NCBI RefSeq assembly: GCF_004010195.1 | Contig: NC_057719.1 | Coordinates: forward strand, 21,589,940-21,609,939 | DNA from: Chiloscyllium plagiosum | Taxonomy: Eukaryota | Direction: 5' to 3' | DNA length: 20,000 nt | Part shown: positions 9,490 to 20,000 of the stretch, piece by piece | How the letters are laid out: each line of letters begins with the position of its first letter | Numbering within the stretch: the first letter of the stretch is position 1 | Position numbers and translations under genes: made by a program | Notes under the pieces: generated by a model | What the model saw: only the letters and a program-made list of their open reading frames with translations | The model's database searches: none | What the model was told of the DNA's origin: nothing

Positions 9490-10550
9490 TTGCTCATTTC
9501 TTACTCAAAATATACTAGGGATAGAGTAAATTTAAATATTTACCACATATTCATCAATTAGCCAGCTTCTTTCCCATTGTTAGAGCAGGAATCAATTCTA
9601 GAAGGCTGAAACACTTATATACATTCCTCCACTTACCTCCATGATGTGCACAACTCCAGCTCTCTATTGCAAATTGCACTCAAGTGCTAAGTCAAGTTGG
9701 CAGTTTTACATGCTCCTAATACAAAAAGCCTTTAAGTCACTTAAAGAGGGTCAAGTCTCAGATAGTTTTGAAGTAAGCTGCTGATTCAGTGCAACCCTTG
9801 GAAAAGTTCTGCTGAACACTGGCAACCACTGAATTTAAACTTCTAGATTAATGCCAATTAAAAAATGATTTCAGGTTGTAGAAAATAAAATTGTAAAAAT
9901 TAGCTTTTCTTACCCAACATGTAAGTCAAGAAGAAACTGGCCATTATAAACCTTCTCAATGCTGCAAAAAGGACTGACTCTTCCATTGAAAAGGTGATTG
10001 CTTGATCCAGAAATCCAGGCTAATATGGGAATAAAGCACTTAGTTCAACAGAGATCTCTCTTTCAGGAAACAAATTCAGAAGATTAAGTGTGCTTCAGCT
10101 GAGACAATGGAGAAAGATCAAAATCCTCCTTGAATAAGATTGAGAGATAAAATATCGTACATAAGAGAACTGATCTACAGGTCAAAAACAAGACCTGTAG
10201 TCTTCAAGCAAGATTCATCGAGCTGTACACAAGTGTGTTTTGAGAGAATTATGAAGTGCCTAGAGCACCTGAAGATGCAATGTTATTGGTTTAGGAGGAG
10301 GTTGGGTAATGTAACATAGAAATACGCAATTGTATGAAGTACTAACTTTGGGGAAGGAGTTTAGGAGGACATATTGCATAAGGTAATTATTCTGAAGCAG
10401 GGAGTATTCATGTTACTTTGGATCCACCCATTCTAATGATGACACATGTTCTGAGAATAAGGAGAAGGAATTCTACGGTAACTTTCAGAGAAAGTAGATG
10501 AATCTGTACTAGCTCCTTCAGACTCTCGAAATTGTACCTGACCAAATGTG
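9490..10550 (+). mobile_element. Possible continuation of the Gypsy-like element (very decayed pol)
   Basis: Faint, colinear resemblances only: ILGI near 9512 (FLGM), KLAVLH near 9694 (GLGAVLLQ), STEISLSGNKFR near 10045 (SPAELLxGRKLR), QKQ...IHRA near 10182. Confidence 0.3.
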
Positions 10551-10892
10551 GTTGCATTTATTGCAAGTGTGCAATAAACCTTTCTGAGGATAGTGCTTCT
10601 CCTGTAAATGTTCCACAGTGGTATATCATCTACCATTAAACAGTAGATAGGTCAAAGACAAAACAAAGTCAAAGGAGGATTGATTGCAGTAAACTATCCC
10701 AAAATATCCTTCTTCAGAACCATGTACTGATATAAGCAGTAAATATCACAAGGTATTGGGAGTGGTCATCTCGGGCAACACCATTCTGGACAACAACATT
10801 CATGAGTCTCGTAATTGGGATGTACCAGATTCCTCATTCAGAGAAGTCTTTCCTGTTTCTTAGTGAATGTGATTCATGGACTGTTCTAGAAT

Positions 10893-10950
10893 GAAGAACA
10901 AAGAACAATACTGTGCAGGAACAAGCCCTTTAGCCCTCCAAGCCTGCACT
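10893..10950 (-). mobile_element. CR1-type 3' tail remnant
   Basis: GAAGAACAAAGAACAATACTGTGCAGGAACAAGCCCTTTAGCCCTCCAAG is the reverse of a CR1 hairpin plus short-repeat tail (cf. 15480-15529). Confidence 0.55.
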
Positions 10951-11790
10951 ATTCTGTTAGGTGATCCACCCCTGGTTAGAGCTGGAAACTGTTAGATGCA
11001 AAATGAATTAAATAAACTAAAGCACATGGTACTGGTGACTCACATGATGAATACTTCAACCAGAATGTGTTTTGCAACCTTCTCTTTTGATGGTGTGATG
11101 GCCTTGTCTTCATTCATCTATTCTGACCTGACATGCCAATTGCTTTTACCTCCTTCTCATTGATGTATCTCATGACATCAGTGGTTGATAGCAGCTTATT
11201 TCCTCACCCTTAGAACCTGTCTCCTGAGCTTAGAGATGAAAAATCCCAGGCTGCACGGTAACCCATTTCCAACCCACCATTGTATGAATTCCACAGAAAC
11301 CAGCTTGAAGTGTGCGTCACCGGAGGTGAGCATTGCTTAACCCCAACTCCTTTGCTCAGCCCTTGTCCCCTTCCTTTCCTGCTGAACTGGGCTTTGAGCT
11401 TAGACTGTCTCTCTCGATCTATCTTCTGAAATGAAAAAGTGAAAAAAGTATTATTTGTTAGATCTGCTGCCTAGCACATCTTAAACTTATTAATGCATTT
11501 GCTTGCTTAATCACTTATCATTTGTTGCCCTGACATTCTTTTCAGCAAAAAGTTCATTGGTGTGTTCTTTATACATTAACAATTAAATAAAAATTGCACT
11601 TAATGTCGTGCCAAACAAGCAACTGTTGCTGAGTTCTTCCTGAAAGGGAATACAAGCCTCACAAGAAGTCGGTTTGCTCTTGGATTGTTGGCAAAGGGGA
11701 TCATTTTTGTTCTAAAGAAATGCAAAATGTTAGAAAGGCTAATTGCATTTGGTGGCATCTGTGCAAGAAAAATTGTAAACCATATAAATT

Positions 11791-12385
11791 CATAAGTTGA
11801 TAAGTCATAAGAACAGAATTAAGCCATTCAGCCCATTGAACATGCTCTGCCATTTGATTATGGCTGATATGCTCCTCACCCCCATTTTCATATCTTCTCT
11901 CCATATCCCTTCAACCCATTACCAATTAAAAATCTGTCTAACTCCTCCATTAACTTACTCACTGTCCTAGCTTCCACTGCATTTCAGAGTAGTGAATTCC
12001 ACAGATTCACAACCCTTTGGAAAAAGTAGTTTCTCCTCAACTCTGTTTTAAATTTTCTCACCCTTATCCTAAGACTGTGACCTCTCATCCTAGAATGCCG
12101 CACAAGGGCAAGTATTCACTCCACATCCAGTTTATCCATACCTTTTATCATCGTGTATACCTCAATTTGATTTCCATTCATTCTTCTAAATTTCAAACAG
12201 TATAAACCTAAACTGTTGAATCTCTCTTCATCCTCAAACCTCTCATCTCTGGGATCAACCTAAAAAACCTCCTCTGAACTGTCTCCAATGCCACTCCATC
12301 TTTTTTTAAATATGGGGACCAAAACAGTGCACAATACTCCAGGTGCAGTCTCGCCAATGCCTTGTATAGTTGCAACAATACTTCA
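11791..12385 (-). mobile_element. CR1-clade LINE 3' fragment
   Basis: EVLLQLYKALARLHLEYCALFWSPYLKKDGVALETVQRRFFRLIPEMRGL is the CR1 ORF2 C-terminus; 3' UTR ends ATGGGCTGAATGGCTTAATTCTGTTCTTATG. Confidence 0.9.
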
Positions 12386-12640
12386 TTGCCATTGGCCAAC
12401 TGAGAGGCAAGCATGTTGCTGTGTGTCTGGAGTCATATGTAGGCCGGCCCAGGTAAGGATAGCAGTTCCTTCCCTAAAAGATACTACTGAACCAGATGAG
12501 TTCATCTGGCAATCGACAATGGTTCATAGTCATCAGCAGATTCTTACCTGCCATGGCAAGATTTGAACCCAGGTCACCAAAACATTATGTGAATCTCTGA
12601 ATTAACAGTGCGGTGATAATACAACTAATCCATCACCTCC
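12386..12640 (-). mobile_element. tRNA-derived shark-type SINE
   Basis: Minus strand: head GGAGGTGATGGATTAGTTG, B box GGTTCAAATC, body CTGGTTCAGTAGTATCTTTTAGGGAAGGAACTGCTATCCTTACCTGG...ATGACTCCAGACAC. Second copy at 6122-7380. Confidence 0.75.
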
Positions 12641-12950
12641 GCTAATGGACTTGAAGCGGTAACTCTGTTTTGATACTGTCTGTTCTGATTGGTAGTACCA
12701 GCTTTTACAGTTCATGTCTCAGATTTCCAAAATCTGTAATATTTTGTTCTTGAATGCTTAGCACTTATAACTGTCATTAGACATAATTTAAAATTATAGA
12801 AACAGTTGTCATTCAATGAAATCTGTAATTTTTATGTTCACAAAGCCAAAATCTTTTGGGTATTGCTGTCCAGATTTTGTCTCGGGGTAGGTTCAAAGGA
12901 GCAGAAACAGATACATAATATGAATGACCAAGTTGTTAATTTTCTGCCAA

Positions 12951-15529
12951 AGGTCACACTGCTTGGAGTTTTTAGGTCACATTACTTGCAGGTTTTTTTT
13001 AGGCCTCCACAGAGTTCCAGGGAGGTGGAAGAGAGGATTGGCAAAATTATTCCGGGTAGGAGTGAAAGGAACACGGTGATCATTATGGAGGACTTTAACT
13101 TCCCCAACATTGACTGGAAATGCTATAAATCTAGTACATCGGATGGATCAGTTTTTGTCCAATGTGTACAGGAGGGTTTCCTGACATAGTATGTCGAAGG
13201 CCGAGAAGAGGGGAGGCCACATTGGATCTGGTGCTTTGTAATGTACCAGGCCAGGTGTTTGATTTAGTTGCAGGGAAGCACTTTGGAGAGAGTGACCATA
13301 ATTCAGTTATGTTTATTTTAGCGATGGAAAGGGATAGGTACATGCCATTGGTCAAGAGTTATCAATGGGGCAAAGGCAATTATAATGCGATTAGGAAGGA
13401 ATAAGGATGCATAGAATGGGGTAGCAAAATGCAGGGGATGCAGGCAATGGAAATGTGGAGCAGGTTTAAGGAACAGATATTGCGTGTCCTTGATAGGTAT
13501 GTCCCTGTCAGGCAGGGAGGAAGTGATAACATAGGGGAATCGGGGGTTACTACCAAAATTGCATCTCTTGATAAGTGGAAGAAGGAGGCTTATGTGTTGA
13601 TGAGGCAGGATGGTTCAGATGAGGCGATGGAGAGTTACAGATCAGCTGGGAAGAATTTAAAGAGAGAATTAAGAAGCGCAAAGGTAGGACACAAACAGTC
13701 TTTAGCAAATAGAATAAAGGAGAACCCTAAAGCTTTCTATAGGTATATGAGGAATAAAAGGATGACTAGAGTAGCAATAGGACCAGTCAAAAACAGAAGT
13801 GGGAAGTTGAGTGTGGACACTGTGGAGATCAGAGAGGTGCTAAATGAACATTTCTCATCAGTTTTCACTCAGGAAAAGGAGAATATTGTAGAGGAGAAGA
13901 ATGAGATACGAGATATTAGACTAGAAAGAATTGCAGTTAATTACGAAGAGGTGTTATCAATTCTAGAAGGAGTGAAAGTAGACAAGTTCCCTGGACCGGA
14001 TGGGATTTATCCCAGAATTCTCTGGGAAGCTAGGGAGGAGATTGCGGAGACTTTAGCTTTGATATTAGAGTTGTCACTATCTACAGGTTTAGTACCAGAG
14101 GACTGGAGGATTGCAAATGTTACGCTCTTGTTCAAAAAAGGCAGTAGAGATGACCCAGGTAATTATAGACCAGTGAGCCTTACCTCTGTTGTAGGAAAGG
14201 TTTTGGAAAGGATTATAAGTGATAAGATTTATAATAATCTAACAAGCAACAATTTGATATTGTTAACATGGTTTCGTCAAGGGCAAGTCGTGTCTCACAA
14301 ACCTCATTGAGTTTTTTGAGAAGGTGACCAAGCATGTAGATGAGGGTAAGGCAGTTGACATGGCATACATGGACTTCAGTAAAGCCTTTGATAAAGTTCC
14401 ACATAGTAGGCTGTTTGAGAAAATGCAGAGGCATGGAATTGAGGGTGTTTTCGCAGTTTAGATTAGAAACTGGCTTTCTAAAAGAAGGCAGCGAATGGTG
14501 GTTGATGGAAAATATTCAGCCTGGAGTCCGGTTACATGTGGTGTACCACATGGATCTGTTTTGGGACCACTGCTGTTTGTCATGTTTATAAATGACTTAG
14601 ATGCAGGAATAGGTGGATGGATTAGTTAACTTGCAGATGACACTAAAGTCAGTGGAGTAGTGGACAGTTTGCAAAATGTTACAGGTTGCAGGGGGACTTG
14701 GATAAACTGCAGAATTGGGCTGAGACGTGGCAAATGGAGATCAATGCAGCTAAATGTGAGGTGATTCACTTTAGGAAGAATAACAGGAAGGCAGAGTACT
14801 GAGTCAATGGGAAGATTTTTGGTAGTATGGATGTGCAGAGGGATCTTGGAGTCCATGTACATAGATCCCTGGAAGTTGCCACCCAGGTTGATAGTGCTGT
14901 TAAGAAGGCATACGGTGTGTTAAGCTTTACTGGTAGAGGGATTGGGTTCTGGAGTCACAATATCATGCTACAACTAAACAAAACACTAGTGCGGCAGCAC
15001 TTGGAATATTGTACAGTTCTGATTGCCATATTTCGGGAAGGACGTGGAAGCATTGGAAAAGGTACAGAGGATATATACCAGGATGTTGCCTGGTCTGGAG
15101 GGAAGATCTTATGAGGAAAGGCTGAGAGACTTGGGTCTGTTCTCATTGGAAAGAAGAAGGCAAAGAAGGGATTTGATAGAGACATACAAGGTGATCAGAG
15201 GATTAGATAGGGTAGACAGTGAAAGTCTTTTTCCGAGGATGATGATGTCAGCTTGTACAAGGGGGTATAACTACAAATTGAGGGGTGATAGATTTAAGAC
15301 AGATGTCAGAAGCAGCTCTTTACTCAGAGAGTGGTAAGGGCGTGGAATGCCCTACCTGCCAATGTAGTCAACTCAGCCACATTAGGGAGATTTATACAAT
15401 CCTTGGATAAGCACATGGATGATGATGGAATAGTGTAGGGGGACGAGCTGAGAATAGTTTACAGGTTGACGCAACATTGAGGGCCGAAGGGCCTGTTCTG
15501 CACTCTATTGTTCTATGTTCTATGTTCTG
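12951..15529 (+). mobile_element. CR1/HER1-like LINE, 5'-truncated ORF2 pseudogene (APE endonuclease C-terminal half plus RT) with intact 3' end
   Basis: VTLLGV..RPP, IMEDFNFPNIDW, LDLVL, SDHNSV (endonuclease); [81 protein letters not shown] (RT). Multiple stops and frameshifts. (TGTTCTA)n tail at ~15510-15529. Confidence 0.95.
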
Positions 15530-15800
15530 AAGCCTTGATTGTAAAGTATATCAAACTGAAACCTGACCTTTTGATGAGGCATCAAAAATAGAGACGTAGA
15601 GTAGAAAATCCAAGAAATGTTGCTCCGCTTGACGCCTTTGTGATTACGGTTCCACTGCTAGCATTTGAAAGCTTGGTAGAAGATAAGGTCCCTGAAAAGA
15701 ACAAGAGCATATTGACCCATGATTTCTCTCCTTTGCCCTTTATTACAGGGCAGGACTGATCAGGAGTTAGATTCTCAATCAACAACTTTACATGACAACA

Positions 15801-15896
15801 CTGGCTGAAGAGCTTATGCTCAAAATGGCTCCTGCTCCTGCTCCTCAGATACTCCTTGATCTGCTGTGCTTTTCCAGCACCACACTCTTGACTCTG
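15801..15896 (+). mobile_element. Short PLE-derived pLTR repeat
   Basis: GAAGAGCTTATGCTCAAAA...CTCCTCAGAT...CTGTGCTTTTCCAGCACCACACTCT, shared with 1-90. Confidence 0.7.
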
Positions 15897-16289
15897 AACA
15901 ACAGTTTAGCTATAACGATACAGCCTTATAAAGCATGGGCCTAATAAAATGGACATGCCTCGCGCTCTAGTGTTGTGTTGGTTACCTGTTCAAAATATCC
16001 ATATGAGCAAAAATTGGTTCCTCACAAAAATTTAAAGTCAGCTACTTTATGCCCTCATTTAACTCTCCTATTGCTCAAGAAGTGCTGGATGCACCACGGT
16101 ACTGAAGAGCAATTCATAACAGAACTTCTGTTCAGACATAGAAAGTCTGTTCCGGGCATGCAGGCAGATTTTTATAGGGTTGGGTAAGGGAAGAAGGACC
16201 AGGCAAGGTTGCCAGTTTCTCCTTAAAACTCCATCTTCCACATGAGACCTTTGTCTAACAGGTGATAACATCTGCTACCAGAAGATGCT

Positions 16290-16487
16290 TGACATCCCCT
16301 GAGTGGTTGACAGGCCTCAGTTTAACATCACATCAGAAAGACAGTACTTCCAGCTGAGCGGCTCTCCTTCAGTGATGTGCTGAAGTACCAGCTGAGTTTA
16401 TGATTCCAAAACATTCAAATCGAGGCTGAATTTATAGCTGGCCATCTCAGAAGTGAGAGTGCTGCTATTCAGGCAAGGTTGGCACTT
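16290..16487 (-). mobile_element. Ancient Deu-domain SINE (SacSINE1/AmnSINE1-related) remnant
   Basis: Minus strand GGAAGTACTGTCTTTCTGATGTGATGTTAAACTGAGGCCTGTC resembles the Deu core GGAGGTGCCGTCTTTCGGATGAGACGTTAAACCGAGGCCC. Eroded tRNA head AGCACTCTCACTTCTGAG near 16446-16463. Confidence 0.65.
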
Positions 16488-17199
16488 AGTGAAGTCTAAA
16501 CAAAATTTCTTTATTGGACCCAGTTTGGCAATACTGCAATTGGCTTGGTTGTAGTAATATTGTAAAGCTTTTAATTTTCATATCCTGGCTTCCTTGTCCT
16601 CAGCTGTATGCACGGTCATGAATGTCATTGTTATTAGTCTGAGTTGCTGTTAAAACTTGTATATTTCCGTTTCCATGCATACTCCTCCTTTGAGTGAAAA
16701 CATTATATTTTGCTGTAGCTTTTAAACCAAACATCCTCCTAATCTAGGAATCCCCACTGCCATACATCCCTAACCAGTGGTCTGGTGAATTAATGAACAT
16801 GATCCCTTTCATTGGTTATCATTATAGATTGATTGGGAAACAGCGTTCAAACTGCTTGAAGACAGAAACACATAGCTACAGTCTCTGCCACCCATCTGCT
16901 CTTCGAGTAATAATTATTCCACATTTAATTTGAAGCCATTTTTATCTCTAATACTTGGTGTCAGGATCACAAAATTGGTGTTTGTATTAGAAATCATTAA
17001 GGATAGCCTTTAGGAAGTGGCAGAGAAAGAAATTTGCTGATAACTGCTCAATAGTCCACTTTTAGATTGATGAGCACGGAGGTGAGGTATTTTTGGTGGT
17101 GCTAGTGTTTGTAAGTAGGAGTGTGGAGGGGGTATCTTATATGGGGATGAAGAAAGTTGCAGCATACTTTTAAAAACTTGCTTTCTCAAATGGGTAAAA

Positions 17200-17419
17200 G
17201 GTGGTGCTTGTATGGAATGAGCTGCCAGAGGAAGTGGTGGAGGCTTGTACAATTGCAACATTTAAAAGGCATCTGGATGGGTATATGTATGGGAAGGGTT
17301 TAGAGTGATATGGGTCAAGTGCTGGCAAATGAGACTAGATTAGTTTAGGATATCTAGTCGACATGGACAAGTTGGACCAAAGAGTCTGTTTCCATGCTGT
17401 CCACCTCTATGACTCTATG
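17200..17419 (+). mobile_element. CR1-clade 3' end fragment
   Basis: VWNELPEEVVEACTIATFKRHLDGYM, followed by a 3' UTR and (ACTCTATG)-type tail CTCTATGACTCTATG. Confidence 0.85.
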
Positions 17420-18209
17420 GCCCACAGTAGTTGAAAATCTCGGGGCAAGGTGCATGGTGCTTATTAAACAATTTTTGAATGGGAATGTTAGTTGGCAGGC
17501 CTATTTCTGGTAACAGGCTGAATGGAGTTTTATGTCAGTTAGGGCAACAACAATTTCTATTGATACATTGCCTTTAGAGCAGAGGTCCCTGAGGCATGAC
17601 TAGCCTGAAGTGAACATTTTGTCTACAACTTGATCTCAGCAGTTCCTTGATGGCTGGGAACACTCTTAGAGAATTCAGACACCATTCAGTTTACATGCAT
17701 GCAAATACTAAAGAGGACAAAATGCTGAGTCCATCTTGTCATTCAATTATCTTCCAGAGAATTGTGCCCTACAACACTTTAGATTTAAAAGGATGATTTT
17801 TGCAGCTCCTCTACCTGCGTATTTGAAAGCAGTGGAGCATTTAAAATAAAGCACATATCCAACCCGTTAACTTTGCAACCACCCATCTTTGACTTGAACT
17901 CCATATTAAGAGGGGATAGTAAGATATTATCCAATCCAGCTGTCCTTATGCTCATTAAAGCCTTTAAGTGGACAATTAATTACCACATTCAGGTCCTAAT
18001 TTGCATGTTTTGAAAATGCTGGACTATTTCTGACAGCGTGGGTTACTGTCGACAAGGGAAGAGAGGAGACCATTTTGAGGGAGACACTTGTGTTCCTTTG
18101 GGGAAAGGTTTTTTGTGCCGACCTACCTGGATTGTAAAATACAATGCTCCTCACTCCACTCCCCCCATCACCATCATCACTTGCCTCCTCAATCTGGTCT
18201 CCAACCCTT

Positions 18210-19815
18210 GCCTGACCCCTGCAGACGGAGCGCAGCGTAAATACACCTGGTCACGGGCAGACAGGTCTATCCGCTCAAGGATAGATTACCTGTTTGTGTC
18301 CTGAACGCTCTCAGTCAGATCCACGAATGTCAAGCCGGTGTTCTTCTCTGACCACTGCCTCCTGCTGGCCAACTGTCACCTACAGGACGAGCAGCAGGCT
18401 GGTAAGGGAACGTGGAAGCTGAACACAAAGCTGTTGATCCCGGGAAACATTGAGGAACTCAAGAGAGACTACGTAGGTTTGAGAACCGTGAAGCCCCTCT
18501 TTGAATCCTCAGCAGACTGGTGGGAAACAGTAAAAGGGAACATTATGAGGTTCTTCATCCTCAAAGGTGTTCAGGAGGCGAGAGAGAGGTGGAAAAAACT
18601 GTCCCAACTCCAGGAAAGTATGCAGAACCTGCTCCTGCTGCAGACGATGGGGGTCGATGTCATGAAGGACCTCAAGGAGGTGAAGGGCCAGCAAGCCACG
18701 CTCTTTGCCTCGGAAGCCTCCAAAATAATCTTCTGATCCAGGGTCTGCTCCGTGGAGCAGGACGAGACGTGCTCATGTTTCTTCTTCCAGAAGGTGCACA
18801 AAGAGAGCTCCGTGCTCAGCAGCCTGAAGGAAGAAGACGGTTAGCTAACGTCATCTCAGGCTGACGTCATGAGAATCAGCAAATCCTTCTATGCCAGTCT
18901 ATTTGACGTGAAGCCAACCGACAGCGTGGCCTCCCAGTCATTCCTGTCCTCTATCACGGAGGTCTTAGACAACAGAACATGGGAGAGGCTGGACCAGCCG
19001 CTATCTCTGAATGAGCTGACCAAGGCTCTCGATTCCTTCGAAAAGAATAAAACTCCCAGAAGCGACGGCTTACCGGTCGAGCTCTATTCTGCTCTATGGG
19101 ACTTGATCGACCAGGACTTGCTAGAGGTATATGTCAGTATGCTTCGGGCAGGTACCATGAGTGAATCCATGAGGAAAGGCATCATCACCCTCATCTACAA
19201 GTGGAAGGGGGAGAGGGAGGAAATCAGAAATTGGAGACCAATCTCACTATTGAATGCGGATTACAAAATCTTGGCAAAGGTCATCGCCAACGGGGTCAGG
19301 TCTGCTCTGGGGTCGGTGATTCATCCTGACCAAACCTGTGCTGTATCGGATGGGAAGATTGCTGAGAGTCTCGCACTCTTCAGGGGATATGACTGCCTAC
19401 GTGCGGGACAGAGGGTTGGACATCTGCCTCATCAGCCTGGACCAGGAGAAAGCCTTTGACAGGATATCACACAGGTATATGAGAGATGTTCTCTCCAAAA
19501 TGGGCTCTGGGGAGGGAATCTGCAATTAGATCAGACTGCTCTACACCAACATTGTCAGTGCAGTCTCAATCGATGAGTGGGAATCAGATAGCTTCCCAGT
19601 CAGATCTGGAGTCAGGCAAGGCTTCCCTCTCTCTCCTGCCTTGTTTGTGTGCTGCATAGAGCCATTTGCTGAGTCCATCAGGAAGGATGCGAGCCCGAGA
19701 CGGGTGACTATTCCTGGCAGCGGGGGCCTGCAGGTTTAGGCCTCCCTCTACATGGATGACGTCGCCGTTTTCTGCTCGGATCCGCTGTCCGTGCACAGAC
19801 TCATGTGCATATGTG
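18210..19815 (+). mobile_element. Tx1-like (L1 clade) non-LTR retrotransposon ORF2 fragment (endonuclease C-terminus plus RT), pseudogenised
   Basis: YTWSR...SRIDYLFVS, FSDHCLL, GKGTWKLN, WWETVK, KTPRSDGLPVELY, RNWRPISLLNADYKILAK, LDQEKAFDRISH, GVRQGFPLSPALF, YMDD at 19749-19760. Several stops and frameshifts; GC- and CpG-rich relative to flanks. Confidence 0.9.
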
Positions 19816-20000
19816 GTAAAAACAATGACTGCAGATGCTGGAAACCAGATTCTGGATTAGTGGTGCTGGAAGAGCACAGCAATTCAGGCAGCATCCGAGG
19901 ACAGGCAAAATCGACGTTTCGGGCAAAAGCCCTTCATCAGGAATAAAGGCAGAGAGCCTGAAACATGGAGAGATAAGCTAGAGGAGGGTGGGAGTGGGGA
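19816..20000 (-). mobile_element. PLE 3' pLTR abutting or inserted into the Tx1 RT (continues past window end)
   Basis: Tx1 coding stops abruptly after LMCIC. The following sequence is homologous to the pLTR repeats at 1-90 and 2647-2788 and contains an intact hammerhead core. Confidence 0.8.
19909..19944 (-). ncRNA. Minimal type-I hammerhead ribozyme, canonical GUC site
   Basis: Minus strand ATTC-CTGATGA-A-GGGC-TTTT-GCCC-GAA-ACGT-C-GATT: perfect 4-bp stem II, ACGU palindrome, stem I AUUC/GAUU with one U-U mismatch. Confidence 0.8.

Noticed and set aside
9637..9715. Minus-strand exon-like segment with a perfect GAG/gtaagt donor and ATG in good context
   Set aside because: All three frames are closed, it overlaps probable antisense Gypsy pol remnant, and it breaks the phase of the other candidate exons. 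A non-coding exon cannot be excluded.
13429..14310. 293-aa ORF as a functional or domesticated gene
   Set aside because: It is an internal piece of CR1 ORF2 bounded by a stop and a frameshift, and lacks the RT catalytic motif.

Overview
AT-rich, repeat-dense eukaryotic DNA. The repeat families (HE1/V-SINE, Deu-domain SINE, CR1/HER1-like LINEs, Penelope-like pLTR repeats) point to a cartilaginous fish, probably a shark; this rests on my recall of those families, not on a search. No intact host gene is evident. The window is a nested stack of retroelements: two very decayed Gypsy-like remnants (pol ~95-1810; gag, possibly with pol, ~7700-10550), four CR1 fragments plus a short CR1 tail, an L2 3' end, a Tx1/L1-clade EN-RT fragment, several SINEs and about seven Penelope-like element (PLE) fragments. 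The most interesting signal is a set of minimal type-I hammerhead ribozyme motifs in the PLE termini. Three copies have intact cores: 7182-7221 (+), its mirror 6374-6413 (-), and 19909-19944 (-). One PLE insertion (6338-7296) is a 308-bp near-perfect inverted repeat with a 14-bp TSD and a templated junction patch. A speculative spliced minus-strand transcript (three exon-like segments) is also noted. I see no convincing wholly new system: the hammerhead/PLE link is known in general, and only these particular instances may be undescribed.
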